The position numbers were made by a program, and so were the translations under genes. A DNA stretch of 64,000 nucleotides from Macrostomum lignano (taxonomy: Eukaryota): contig NIVC01000876.1 of NCBI GenBank assembly GCA_002269645.1, positions 62,001 through 126,000 on the forward strand, read 5' to 3'. Positions 1-13,700 of the stretch are shown piece after piece; positions within the stretch are counted from its first letter, which is position 1, and the number at the start of each line of letters is the position of its first letter. The notes beneath the pieces are model-generated. The model was given only the letters and a program-made list of their open reading frames with translations, was not told where the DNA came from and ran no database searches.

Positions 1-2425
1 TAAAGTTCACAGTGTTTTAGGCCGGTCATTGCTTGAATGTCATTGCCTTAACGTAAATTACCATAGACATATTTGTTGCGTATTGCTATGACTACTGCAA
101 AGTATAGACTTTTACTTGGGAAATAGTCTATGGTTTATGCGACGCGATACGGTACTCTCCTTTGTTTGCTAAGCTTCGAATCTTTTCATTTAGGAACACA
201 AGACCCTAGGAGCGCGCTGCCGCTTCGAAATATAGCTTAATTTCAAACTACCATAATTCATTGACTTGGCGTTTTTTCAAACGAAACATTTTGAACAATG
301 TGCCTTGAATGTTTTTATTATAGAAAGATATTTAGGTACTTATTTAGCTTTTTAAACCCATAGGAACATCATTCCTAAACTGCCTATCTGGGTCTCAGAT
401 AGATTTATCATTAATTCTATTGTCATCCTGATGACAAACGAGATTTGAGTTTACCTTAAGTCCAGAGTTTAGTCAAAGGCTGATGATGGCGGGCTGAACT
501 AGCCTTAGATCATTGGATTTAACGATTATTGCACATTGTAGGTAAACGCTGATGGTCGCCTCTGTCTGTCAATGAGGAAAGAGTGCTGCGAGCTTCTGAT
601 TGGCTCAATACCGCTGAGATCGGCGATGGGGCCTCCGCCGATGGGCGCTCAGCCGATACAGCAGCAGCCGTCTGCTCCACGTGAGTATACGGCTGACTGT
701 TGAACCCGTAGGCGTCATGACCTACTTTTTTACAGAAATTTGCAACAGGAGTCTCTTGATGGGAACGAAATCAAATAAAGATTAAATAGATGGTGGAATT
801 AATTACCGACCGATCACCTGCTGCCAAAATGACGTAAATCGTGTGTTATTACCAAGACTACTAAAGTAGAAGGACGCAAAACTCGAAATCTATGGAAAAT
901 GTTTTGAAGGCCACTTTTTCAAACAATGTCACTTTTGAATGGATGCATGTGGAAATGTCTTTTTTCGCTAGGACCTTCGAAATTCATTCCCCTTTAAGAT
1001 AAAATAGCATTCGCGGCTTTGGCTTAAGTTTATTTTATTTAATTTATTTCAATTTTCTTAAGGCAACCCATTTTTTCAACAAGGTATGCCTTACCATCTA
1101 AACTTAGTTACGTGCCTTGAACTCTTCGTAGGATTCGATTAGCCGTGCAGAATCTGTAAACAATATAAAAATGTTAATTGCAAAGCCATAGTATCCAGCA
1201 AAATATTTATCTAAAGTGGCCTTCAAAACTTTTCCCCATGAAACGTGAGTGTCGCTTTCTCTGTACATGTTACTTGAGTTGTCATTGATAATGTAATTGT
1301 AGTCTGAAAAAAAAATTCACGTTCTTCGTACTCCCTACGCACTGCTGCAGCGCCACCCACACTAAGCAACCAGGAGTGTGCCTGGCCGAGTGGAGCCGGA
1401 CACCGACCCAGGCAAGCAGCCGGGTGCGACCAGGTATCCGTACGACAATCGCGCCTATGAACCGCCATCGGCCTAAGTTGATATGTTATCCGGGTTAATC
1501 AGTTAATAAAATCTGATTAAATAATTATCTACAAGAATCTCGAGCTTGAAACTTTAGCGATTTGCTATTTCTGTGTACATATTTATTATTACAGCAACTT
1601 ATTTACAGGTATCGGCTGTTTTTCTATTATTACCTTATATCATACGTTAGTTCCACGGATAAAATTCATGAAAGTCCCAGTTTTCATAGAAAAAATAGCT
1701 TAAAAACTTACATCGTTTCAACGTGTTTGTTCTAGAGCTTTTGAGAGCTCCCGTGATGTAAATTCTTAGAAAGGTAGGCACATGTGTTCCATTAGTCATT
1801 TAGCCTTCTATTGTAGCTGGTACGGTCTGATTATTATTCTGAGAGGAATGTTAATACATTCTTAGTGATCGCAAAAGGCTTTGCCTTGCAGTTCTACATG
1901 TAGCTACGTGTAATTTGAGCAGGCTGTGTACACAATGCAATCGGTATAGAATCAATCCACTGCTCCACTTCTGTACTTATTATTCTTTAGCTATCTGTTA
2001 CATCCGACTCAATGCCACACCTGGTGAATACGGAGCTGTGAAGTTTGAGTCCGGGACTTGTACATTGGTTGAATTTATCATACTTCCATGAGGAGACTGG
2101 CGTCTATCTATACAATTTCTAGTTTTCTATCTACACGCGCTTATGTTTAGAGTTATCTATTAATAATTAGTCAACTTTTATGTCAAGACAGCATTCCATT
2201 TTTCTTTTATTTTAATGTCACAATCTCAGTTCAATGACGAATGAGATAGTATTTATATATTACACACGCACACGTAATGGGATGATTATTTATTGGTGGA
2301 TATATTTTACCAGGACTTTTCGCTTTGTCAAGAAATCTGAATTAATTTGAAACCAATTGTTTACTTTCTTTAGATTTTTCCTAGTGGTATACTCTGGATA
2401 AATTTTGAAAAGGAAGTCTTTCGAG

Positions 2426-4208
2426 TGGACTGCTAAGCTGTGCATGTATCTAGCTGGTATGTGATTCATGGACTGCTAAGCTGTGCATGTATCTAGCTCG
2501 TGTGTGATTCATGGACTGCTAAGTTGTGCATGTATCTAGCTGGTATGTGATTCATGGACTGCTAAGTTGTGCATGTATCTATAGCTGGTATGTGATTCAT
2601 GGACTGCTAAGTTGTGCATGTATCTAGCTGGTATGTGATTCATGGACTGCTAAGTTGTGCATGTATCTATAGCTGGTATGTGATTCATGGACTGCTAAGT
2701 TGTGCATGTATCTAGCTGGTATGTGATTCATGGACTGCTAAGTTGTGCATGTATCTAGCTGGTATGTGATTCATGGACTGCTAAGTTGTGCATGTATCTA
2801 GCTGGTATGTGATTCATGGACTGCTAAGTTGTGCATGTATCTATAGCTGGTATGTGATTCATGGACTGCTAAGTTGTGCATGTATCTAGCTGGTATGTGA
2901 TTCATGGACTGCTAAGTTGTGCATGTATCTAGCTGGTATGTGATTCATGGACTGCTAAGTTGTGCATGTATCTAGCTGGTATGTGATTCATGGACTGCTA
3001 AGTTGTGCATGTATCTATAGCTGGTATGTGATTCATGGACTGCTAAGCTGTGCATGTATCTAGCTGGTATGTGATTCATGGACTGCTAAGTTGTGCATGT
3101 ATCTAGCTGGTATGTGATTCATGGACTGCTAAGTTGTGCATGTATCTAGCTGGTATGTGATTCATGGACTGCTAAGTTGTGCATGTATCTAGCTGGTATG
3201 TGATTCATGGACTGCTAAGTTGTGCATGTATCTAGCTGGTATGTGATTCATGGACTGCTAAGTTGTGCATGTATCTAGCTCGTGTGTGATTCATGGACTG
3301 CTAAGTTGTGCATGTATCTAGCTGGTATGTGATTCATGGACTGCTAAGTTGTGCATGTATCTAGCTGGTATGTGATTCATGGACTGCTAAGTTGTGCATG
3401 TATCTATAGCTGGTATGTGATTCATGGACTGCTAAGTTGTGCATGTATCTAGCTGGTATGTGATTCATGGACTGCTAAGTTGTGCATGTATCTAGCTGGT
3501 ATGTGATTCATGGACTGCTAAGTTGTGCATGTATCTAGCTGGTATGTGATTTATGGACTGCTAAGTTGTGCATTTATCCAGCTGGTATGTGATTCATGGA
3601 CTGCTAAGTTGTGCATGTATCTATAGCTGGTATGTGATTCATGGACTGCTAAGTTGTGCATGTATCTATAGCTGGTATGTGATTCATGGACTGCTAAGTT
3701 GTGCATGTATCTAGCTGGTATGTGATTCATGGACTGCTAAGTTGTGCATGTATCTAGCTGGTATGTGATTCATGGACTGCTAAGTTGTGCATGTATCTAG
3801 CTGGTATGTGATTCATGGACTGCTAAGTTGTGCATGTATCTAGCTGGTATGTGATTCATGGACTGCTAAGTTGTGCATGTATCTAGCTGGTATGTGATTC
3901 ATGGACTGCTAAGTTGTGCATGTATCTAGCTGGTATGTGATTCATGGACTGCTAAGTTGTGCATGTATCTATAGCTGGTATGTGATTCATGGACTGCTAA
4001 GTTGTGCATGTATCTAGCTGGTATGTGATTCATGGACTGCTAAGTTGTGCATGTATCTAGCTGGTATGTGATTCATGGACTGCTAAGTTGTGCATGTATC
4101 TATAGCTGGTATGTGATTCATGGACTGCTAAGTTGTGCATGTATCTATAGCTGGTATGTGATTCATGGACTGCTAAGTTGTGCATGTATCTAGCTCGTGT
4201 GTGATTCA
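2426..4208. repeat. 43/45-bp tandem satellite, about 40 copies
   Basis: Unit TGGACTGCTAAGTTGTGCATGTATCT(AT)AGCTGGTATGTGATTCA, head-to-tail, with no spacers. Confidence 0.97.
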
Positions 4209-7200
4209 GCCGCGCTGCCGTTTCATCAGTTCGACAAAGGAGCGGACAGAAGACAGACGGAAATACTGAAAATGGCGAGGAAAAATAGCCAAGTTAGTGC
4301 GAGCGTATTGTATTGGGAATCAAGCATTAATGGAAAGCAGAGTTCAAAATAGCAGCGATTCTACAGTAGAAACTATGCCGAAAGGACCATCTGAAGCCAC
4401 TGTATATGTCTAATGGTCTGTAACTTTGAGCTGTGTCAATAAGTTTGAGAAATAATTTCTCACTAATCGTAGGGACCATTTTAGATTAATACAGCCTGTG
4501 TGCACAGAAAATTGAAAGTCAACAATATATAGGTGTGTTTGCATTTGCCCCAGTTGAAGTTAGGAGCAGAATTAGAATCGTTAATGCGTATGAATATAGC
4601 AGCTGACACACTAAGCATTATATTCTCTCAGAGTGCATTGAGAAAACTTTATTAGTAACTACATTAAAGACTCGACCAGAGTTTTTAATGAGCTAATATT
4701 AATATAACTTACACAATTTCTGCTCCTGCCTCCTGCTTTGTTTGCTGACTTCTGCTTCAGAGGATTTCTCAAATGCCTGTGTGTACTCAGTGCAATGGCA
4801 TGCACTTTTATTGAAGTTTGGTTTGCTCCGTTTATTTTAAGCAGCTGTTCCATCAAACCACAATTGCCATGCAACGTCCATAGACAAGTTACAAATGTAC
4901 TTTGCAGGCTCTTAAGATTCGTTCATATTGTCATCAAACAAGCCATGCGTCAAGTCTTAAGCCAAATGGTTGTCTTTGTACATACCTAACAAGCCAGCAC
5001 ATACATGTAGGTAGCGTAGCACTGATAATATCAAGGCTGCACATGTCTTACGATGGCGGAATCATATACGCCTAGCATGTAAATTAAGTTTTTTTCTCTT
5101 TTTTGCTTAAGACTTAAGTAAATCTAATTTTGGATGCCTGCTGATTCGCACGATTTAGACTGCATATGCATGTAGAAACATACAGATCGATACGGCCTAT
5201 ACAGTTGAATTGCATTTGATCCACTGCTGCAAAGCACAGGTACCCATCACGCTTTTGCTAATCATCTCAGCTATTTAAACTCGTATATTTAGTATTGAAA
5301 AAGGCGTAAATATCAAATTCTAATGGCGTAAACTTACTTTCTCTTATCAGTTGATACTTTATTTAGCACATCTAATCGAAGCGAACTACTTTTAGTACTA
5401 CATATCTGCTAAAATTTCTACCCATGATCCAGCTCAGCACAATAAAAGCAATTACAAGTGTGCAATTCAAATCACATATAAGCTACTGCAGTGGAAGCCA
5501 AGATAAATCCACAGATATCGCATCGTACCACACGCTGTACGCAAGAACTTCTCAAGTAGAAGGACGTTACACTCCAGTTATCGTGTATTTTTTTTGGCGG
5601 CCGATTGTTTAAAGTGCTGCAACTTTTTAAGTATTTGCATGTAGAGGGCTAGTTCTTTCGCTGATTTGTTCAGAATTTATTCCTCTTTAAAATAATGCTA
5701 CATTTACGATTGTATCTGTACGAGGGCGGAATTGCCAAGTACAGTAAAGTACATGTACCTTATTATTTATAAAAGCTAAATTTATAATTTAAGCACGCTA
5801 TCTGATTTTTAGTTACTAGGAGCGTATAAACATGTAGTAGCTAGCTACGTCCAAGGCATAAAGTGATTAAAGAGCAAAGATACACGCAGCCGATGGCCAC
5901 TGGCTTAATTGACACGGGAGGCTCTAGCGAAGACTGACGAATGACATTATAAAAAGGAAAAAAGGGTAAACTTTTCTCATTAATTTTATTAAAGAAAAAG
6001 TCATAAAAAGAGCCATAATACAAATGGCATAGACCCGGCCAGTCGGATTAAAAAGTAATACAATATGATATTTGTGTTGACATATTGACGGGATTTTTTA
6101 AAGCAAGGCCGCAATCAAGCATAGCAGTTAATTTAGGATGAAAAACGTGAAAATTTCCTATCTCGCCAATGAATTTTACGGTGAAAATCGGCCGTCTAAA
6201 AAATTTCTACGAAAGCTGAGTGTAACATCCTTCTACTTGAGATGTTCTTGGCTGTACGCTCATTATTCAACGCTTCGAAATCATTATTTAAGGCTACTTA
6301 AAATACATTCATGAGACAATTCATGTGCTTGTGCATTTGGTTTTGTCATAGACAATGACAGTGAGTCATTGACAGTGACAGTGAGACAATGACAGTGATG
6401 ATGATGTCATTGTCATGGATGATACTGTCACTGTCACTATCATCACTTGATGACATTGACTCAGAAGCGTGCAGATGACCCGGGTGCAGGTCCCAATTCT
6501 GCAGATGACGCCAAACATGCTGAAATTTGCATGATCCTCATCGAACTTTATACAGCCGCGGTTGCGGTTGAGATAAAAGATAAAGAGAAGATACAATGTG
6601 GGGGACATGATCGGTTACCTGAATGTCTTGACATCACACTCTGAAATTCTGATCCTGAGGCGATCTGGTGAGCCGCGAGGCTCGTCTAGCTGCTATAAAA
6701 ATAGGTACAATATCCAGAGACGGTCTCTCTATATCTACATGTATATTCAAAGATACATAAGAACCATGGTGACATAAAATCGACATAAAACAAGCTAAGT
6801 CTTTGCACTCATGCTGCTCATCACAACCTCGGATCAGGCACGAAAATTAATAACATGCATATTCATTATTGTGCGCTTACATTTGGATTCCCTTGGCCCC
6901 TTGCTTTATCTGTACTTTACTCAGAAAAAATGTTTTACATGTACTTTATAAATTTTTCGACATGTACAGTACGTAAAAAGTACACATTAAAACAAAGAAT
7001 TTTTATGGATATTGTACAAAGCCGTTGTTATTTTCCTTTTCCACCAAAAAACTAATGACAAACACTAAATTTATTTCTTAAATTTTTCAGTATTAGGTAT
7101 TAGAAAATATTCAAATTTGGAAAAGAAAAGAAATGTGACATATTTGAATAAAAAACAATGATTCATTTTCTTTTGCAAACAGGCGTTAGGGTTTACCCCT

Positions 7201-7249
7201 AACAGACAGATTTTTTGAACGCTAGAATGGGTACGAAATAGTTAACCTG

Positions 7250-7425
7250 AATAATTTAGTTATTTAGGTTAATGTTAGGACTAAGATAAGGTTAGGATAT
7301 GGATCTGATAAGGATCTGAGATAAGGACCTGAATAGCTTAGTTTAGGCCTAAGCGCGTAACTGCGCGTTAGGTTATTTCGTTATTAGGGTAAGGTTATGG
7401 ATTAGGATAAGTTTAGAATATGGAG
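7250..7425. repeat. Degenerate TTAGG/TAAGG telomere-like low-complexity tract
   Basis: Repeated GTTAGG, ATAAGG, TTAGGG, ATTAGG words. Confidence 0.5.
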
Positions 7426-7887
7426 CGTCAACCTGTTTGTTTCAAGTCAAATGGACGATATTTTACAATTATCAAATAGCTAGCGGTCAAATTCGTAGAC
7501 AGTAAATTCAGTAATTCAATTATAAAAACATGGTTTTGGACAAATAGTCCTACACAAGGGGATGAGTGTATAAGTTTTGTCTGTGACTGAGCCTTCATAT
7601 ATGGTTTTATTTTATTTATGGTCAAGATATTTCAACAATTAGTAGCATTTTTCAGGTGAAACTGGAAGGGATAATATAATTGATGCCAAAATTTATAAAA
7701 AAGGAGCATTTTTATGTTGCTTCTAAAAAGTTCTAGTTCTTGTTCTAGTGAAAAATTTCTCTACTGTTTAGCAAAACAAAAAAGTTTGATGCAAAAAATA
7801 TTTTGTTTTGATCTAATCAACTTCCCCTATTGGAATAAGTGGTATTTTCGCGGACGGCGTCCGGCGCACTTTTTCTTTTTCCTCATA

Positions 7888-7928
7888 GTCATGGCGCATG
7901 GCGCGCTACGCGCGCCATGCGCCATGAC
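7888..7928. other. Perfect 19-bp GC-rich palindrome with a 3-nt loop
   Basis: GTCATGGCGCATGGCGCGC-TAC-GCGCGCCATGCGCCATGAC. Confidence 0.9.
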
Positions 7929-10139
7929 GCACAGCAGCTCACAGGTAAGATGCAAGGAGGACATCACGCGCTACATACAGCGCTGCTGAACAAGGATGAG
8001 AAGCATGCACAGGAGAAAGTCAGCAGCACGGTGGAAATTCAGCAAACTGTAAGTAAAACTTGTTTTTCTAATTTCTATAACTTTGATAATATTGCTATGG
8101 GCTATAGTATAGCATATCTCCTATCATATGTATTGATTGCTGTGTCATCTAGAATATGCATGCAAGTTAATCGTAAAATTGGAAATTGTAGTTGAAAGAT
8201 CGCAGCAGAAATGTTCTTTATTGCCTCATAAACATTATAACATAGTGCCAAATGCTAATTGCTCTTAATGTTCTCTTATAACGCAGTTGCAAGAAATAGA
8301 AAAGTAAACTAAATTCTATTAAAAGTCTCAACAAATTTTCTGCTTTGTTTAATTATCTTTTTGATTGGTTGCGCGTACATTTATTTATGCTGACATTTAA
8401 ATGTGAAAATATTCTTCGAAACACCATGCTAAATAGTTATCAGATTTGATAACCCGACCCGAGCCAAAGTGCTACAACTACTACTGAAAAAGTGTGTGGA
8501 TAAGGCAAAGACAATTTTGTTTGTTCGTGAACTCTGTGTTGTTCATCACGGAGTTTCTTCATTTTGTATTAACCGATTAGCCAAATTGAAGTAAAGGGTT
8601 TCAGTGTTCGTAATTATTTTAAGTACTCACTGATGCAATTGCCACACTATTTACATTATTTATTTTTCTTTGAATAGACCAACAATGTAACTTTGTAAGT
8701 CAAAAGACGAGTAGACTAAGAATTAAGAAATAGATACAACTACGACAGAAGGGGGCAGAAGTACAGTACAGAACAGAGTGCAGTAAAACACAAGTGCGGT
8801 AAAACACACAACTTTCTCTCAATCTCTTTAAATCTCTCAAAAACGAGTGATGCATCATCAGAATGAACATGATAGAGACTGGAGTCATGCACAATATCAC
8901 CTAAACCTAGAGTGCTATGGCACCCTAGGATTTGAAGATTTGAATGACACATCGTCCATACCACCTTAGGATTTGAAGATTGTCATGACGCACCGTCCAG
9001 GCCACTTTATGATTGCCATGGCGCACTAGATGCACTGTCCACAGTGTCTGAAAACTTATTCCAATAGGGTCAACTTCTACTGCTGAAAGTGAAAATAAAA
9101 AAGAAAGGCCACTAAAATAAAATTCTTAAATAGCAGAGGCCCTAGATGACCAATTATAGGTAAAAAAAGCAATAGTTGTCAAAAGGGTCTAGGTGATAGT
9201 CCTAATAAATTTATGGTATTCTTTTGTTTTATAATCATATAGCACTATCGTTATAAGAATCAAGACTTTCGTTATAGGCCTATAATCCTCTAATAGAATA
9301 TGAAAAAGTTAAGTTAAAATTGCTCTTAAAATCAAACTTCAAAATAAGACCACTTCTTTAGAGGCATATTTTTATTGTAATATAGTATCAAATCTTGCAT
9401 CTTGTAGAAATGCATAGTTTATATTCACTTTCATTATATCATCATTTATAATCATTTAAATGGTGAAATTATATGTAGGTGATTGCAAGATAAAACTGAA
9501 AGAGCTTGTAGGTTTAGAATTATGATTGCACCAATAGTAGAATTGTATTGGACTTGTATATTGAAATGATAAGAAATTGTCAATATAATCAATGTTTAAA
9601 TTAAACAAAACAAACAATTTTAGTCTCTACAAGGTGCCTGCGCACTCCTTTATCTCCTTTATCTCCTTTATTTAGAAGATTTTTGGGACTTTCTGCTTTA
9701 TTTTAGCCACTTAAGCTCCTAGCATTTGTACTTAATGTATTGTTACTTTAGGGTCCTTTTAAATAATCATTTTTAAGAAGACTATTTTCCTAGGCAAAGT
9801 TATGTAGAAGAATAGTTTGTAAGTCTCAACAAAGGTTTGTATATATGATTAGTTAATAATTGAACAAATTTCAAAGCATCAACCCTAGGTTAGCCACAAT
9901 ATCAGATATGTGGAACTGTAGAGCTAGAAATATACAAGTTCTTCTAGGGACTGCAAATTGCCTAGAAAGATGATGTGATCAAAGTAGTCAACAAATAGGC
10001 CACAGAATAAAACAACCATGAGTACTATGTCCCTTGAGAGTACAACTGGAAGAGCACATGAGTACAACTGGCTTTTAAAGTAGGGATTGGCAGATTTTTA
10101 CCTCAAAGGCCAGATAAAGAATCCAGCTAATGGCTACAA

Positions 10140-10700
10140 GGGCAGATGAGAGTGAAAAGAAGAATGAATAGACAATAAGAAAAAGGAGAAGTGAGAGAAG
10201 GGATAAGAGAATAGATAAAATATAATAGGAGACAGGAGGGTAAGGAGAGAGAGAAGGCAGAGAAGAGGGAAGAGGAGTGCAAGGACAATAGAAGGGAAGA
10301 GGCAAATAAGAGAGACAAGAAGAGAGAGGAGAGATAAGATAAGAAAGAAGATATAAAAGAAAAGAGAGGAGGGAAGAGAGAGGAGAAAGATAAGATAAAG
10401 ATGAGAGAGGAGAGATAATAGGGGAGAGAGTTAAGAGAAGAGAGAAGAGAAGAGATAGAGGGGATAGCAAAGGAAAGAGAAAAGAAGAGGGGAGAGATGA
10501 GATGAAAGATGAGAGATCCTAGAAGGGATACAGGAAAGAGTAGAAAAAAGAATAGAGATAAGCAAGATGAGAGAGAAGAGAAGAGAATAGAGAGGACAGG
10601 AGAATGGGAAGAATAGAAAAAAGATGAAAGGAAAGATAGAAGAGAGGAGAGAGAAGAGAGGAGACAGAAAAAAAGATAAAGTTTTAGAGGACCCAAAGGA
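10140..10700. repeat. GA-rich low-complexity tract
   Basis: Almost pure purine on the + strand; source of the spurious Ser/Leu ORFs. Confidence 0.9.
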
Positions 10701-13700
10701 CATAGAGATGCAGAGGCAAGAGGCCAGAGTTTGCCTATATAGGCCTTAGACAAACATTGCCTATCATTGTTACATTACCAAATTAAATCTCCTTTATTTT
10801 ACTTTCTCAAAATGCACGGGCTCTTGTCTCTATAATGTCTATAAACCGAAAGCTATGAAAACCAGGAACTGATTCTAGGCAGCCCCCCTCATTTTTGTCT
10901 TACAATCCTCCCAGCTAAATTATGTTTTATATTGTAGGATAATTGTAAGACAAAAGTGAGTTTGGTTTCATCTTGCAATCACAATATATAATTTCACCAT
11001 TTAAATGATTGTATGACAAAAGTGAATATAAGCTACATGCTTCCGTAACTATGCTATACCTATGTTTCAATGACTTGCAGTGACAATTTAAATTGACTTG
11101 GAAGTGAGTTTAATGGAAAATAAATGTGAAACATAATTTTTTTGATATACTGGAGTGTCTTGTTGACTCTTTTAATGGGTATCATAATATAAAACTAGAC
11201 CTACTCGGGGATCGTAAAATGAAAGAATGCCAAATTTTTGGAATTACAAGTTCACATGTATTAAACTTTTTTGTGTTAAAATGTATTTTGAAATTGACAA
11301 GTAATTAAAATTAGGCCTAGACTTTTGCAAGCGCATTTGTTAAATTTGTTAAAATGTATAAGTAGCAATAAAGATTAGAATGTACAATCTATTCTATGAT
11401 TCATAGCTGACTATTGAAAAGCTTTATAAATATCAATAAAGCTATAAAGAAAGGCAAAACATATCAAAAGATGAAAATTGAGTTTGACTCCTATATTAAA
11501 AGCAATAACATTTTTGTACTGAAAATCCATATCTTTGTAGTATATTTTTTTCAAAACTGTGCTTTGTAAATTTTTTTTAGTTTTTTACCCTTCAATACTA
11601 AAGTATAGTCCTTAGTGCATTAATGTATATATATTAAATGCCAATAGAAATCTAATATCTAGTATATAACTATTTATACACTTTAACAAATTCATTTTTA
11701 AAAAAACATACATGTATATTTTGACAAATACAAGTCTAATATATTTGAGCTTAAACTTTTGATTGTCACCCTTTTGATTGTCATCCTATTGACTTGCCCT
11801 TTTGATTTGTTGCCCTTTTGATTAGTTCCTAAGTGACTTAGGAATAGGACTAGGTCTAAGACTGTCCTAATTCCTTATGAACTTTTTTATATACATAGGC
11901 TAGCCTTAGCCCTAGTATTTTAGAAAAATTACAATGACTAAGTAGTCATAGGCTTTTGAATTTTTGTTTTTTGTATAAGCCTAGGTCTAGAGCATATATA
12001 TAGAATGCATATATATATATATTTATATATGCATTCTATTTAATATATTTATATATTAAATATATATATATTATATTAATATATATTTAATATTAGTATT
12101 ATTTGCCCATCCATGTGATTAAAAATGACAATTTATGTTTAAAGTTGGTCTATTGCCATAGGCTATAGTTATAGATTGCTTTTTCAAACTTGAAACATAT
12201 TACATATATGCCAGAATCTAACATCTGGCATATGCCAGGGATATGGTATACATCATTAAATTTTGGCATAAAAATTGGCATATAAAGGGGCCTAGCATGC
12301 CCTGTGGTATATAGCTTAGCATATAAAGATTGTTAAGACAGCAAGTAAGACCAAGTTATGGGTCTTAATCAATGTGCATTATACATTGTAGTTGGCATAC
12401 AAAAAATTACCAAGTTCAAGTTTGGCATATTCTCTATGTGCATAAATAGAAAAGCTAAATTTTTATCAAATAAAAAAAACTTAAAAAGTAGCTAGATCCC
12501 AAAAATAATAGAAAACAAAATTAAGAATTATTTTATTCAACTTTACTTGAATAAAAAAGAATAAAAAATTGAAGATAAAACAGAAACAAGTGGTTCTTTA
12601 TGGTGTAAACATATAAGATCCTTTTTTATAATTTTTTCAACAATTTAAACTTTGCAAGTTTATAATTTAAGTTGTCATTTTTTTTCTTGGCATATTTTTG
12701 TATGTAATATACTTGTAAGTCCATTGGCATACAAAAGCTAGGGAAATTTTTTTTGGCTTACATTAGTACAAAATCCTGACAATAGGCCTAAAGTACTTTT
12801 AATAATAATAATAATAATATTTAAATAACAAAATATCTTTTTTTGACCTATTTATATTTTTAATCCATATTGCATGCATGTACATGATATTAAAGTTGTG
12901 CTTGCAGCTGCTACTGTTTTTTGCTCTGGGATTAAAAGTGTCAGAACTTTCTGGATATACCTTGTATATTCTATATGTTTCATTTTAGGGTTTTAACCCT
13001 TTTGGCTGGGTAGTCTCTATGAGGTTAAAAAATATACTAATATACTTATACTTTATTAGAGCTCTGTGTCTACTAAAATCTTATTTATTTTTTTTGTCAA
13101 TAATCTCCCTATCCTAAAAGTTCTTTATTCCCTATGCCCTATTTGGCTTTTAGTTTGTTTTAAGCTATTTGAATTAAAATAAAGCTATATAGAGAAATAA
13201 AGCTTTAATTTGATATCAGCATTTTCAAAAACCTTTGGAGTGACTAAATTATGATTTATAGTCAATTTTATGCTTGGAATTATACTAAAAAAGACAAACT
13301 TTCCTCTTTTATGCTAGACTTATTATATGCCTGGCACACCCTCCTAGATAGAGGGGTGGCAGGCATCAATAAATGTGGCTGATAGACTATGTCATGATAA
13401 AGACTAAGAGTTTTTGTTTAAAAAACTAGTTCAATGCATTCTTTTCTATATTTAAATTTTCTTGAACAAAAATATAATAAAAATGTTTTATATAAAAGCT
13501 GTCTCAAGATTTAACTTCTTTATACATTTTATTAAATTTACTAAAAATATATTGTTTCTTATGTATCTATTTCCCAAATTTAACATATCTACATGGAACT
13601 AATTGAAATTAGAAGATATACCACTATCAAAATCCTGCTATTTATATCAAAAGCCAAGAATGTGTGCCAGTTAATTTTTCTATTTGTTCTCACACTAGGC

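Noticed and set aside
626-1476. Possible small + strand gene: MGPPPMGAQPIQQQPSAP (626-680, donor C|GTGAGT) and ...RYPYDNRAYEPPSA* (1374-1476)
   Set aside because: Each piece looks protein-like, but their phases do not match (1 versus 2), no connecting exon was found and no family is recognisable.
2426-4208. 43/45-bp repeat as a CRISPR array
   Set aside because: Units are head-to-tail with no unique spacers, there are no cas genes, and the context is eukaryotic.
12000-12045. AT-rich palindrome ATAGAATGCATATATA...TATATATGCATTCTAT
   Set aside because: Largely built on a (TA)n tract, which is self-complementary by nature.
13328-13365. Imperfect GC-rich hairpin as a Helitron 3' end
   Set aside because: No CTRR terminus at the expected distance and no 5' TC end identifiable.
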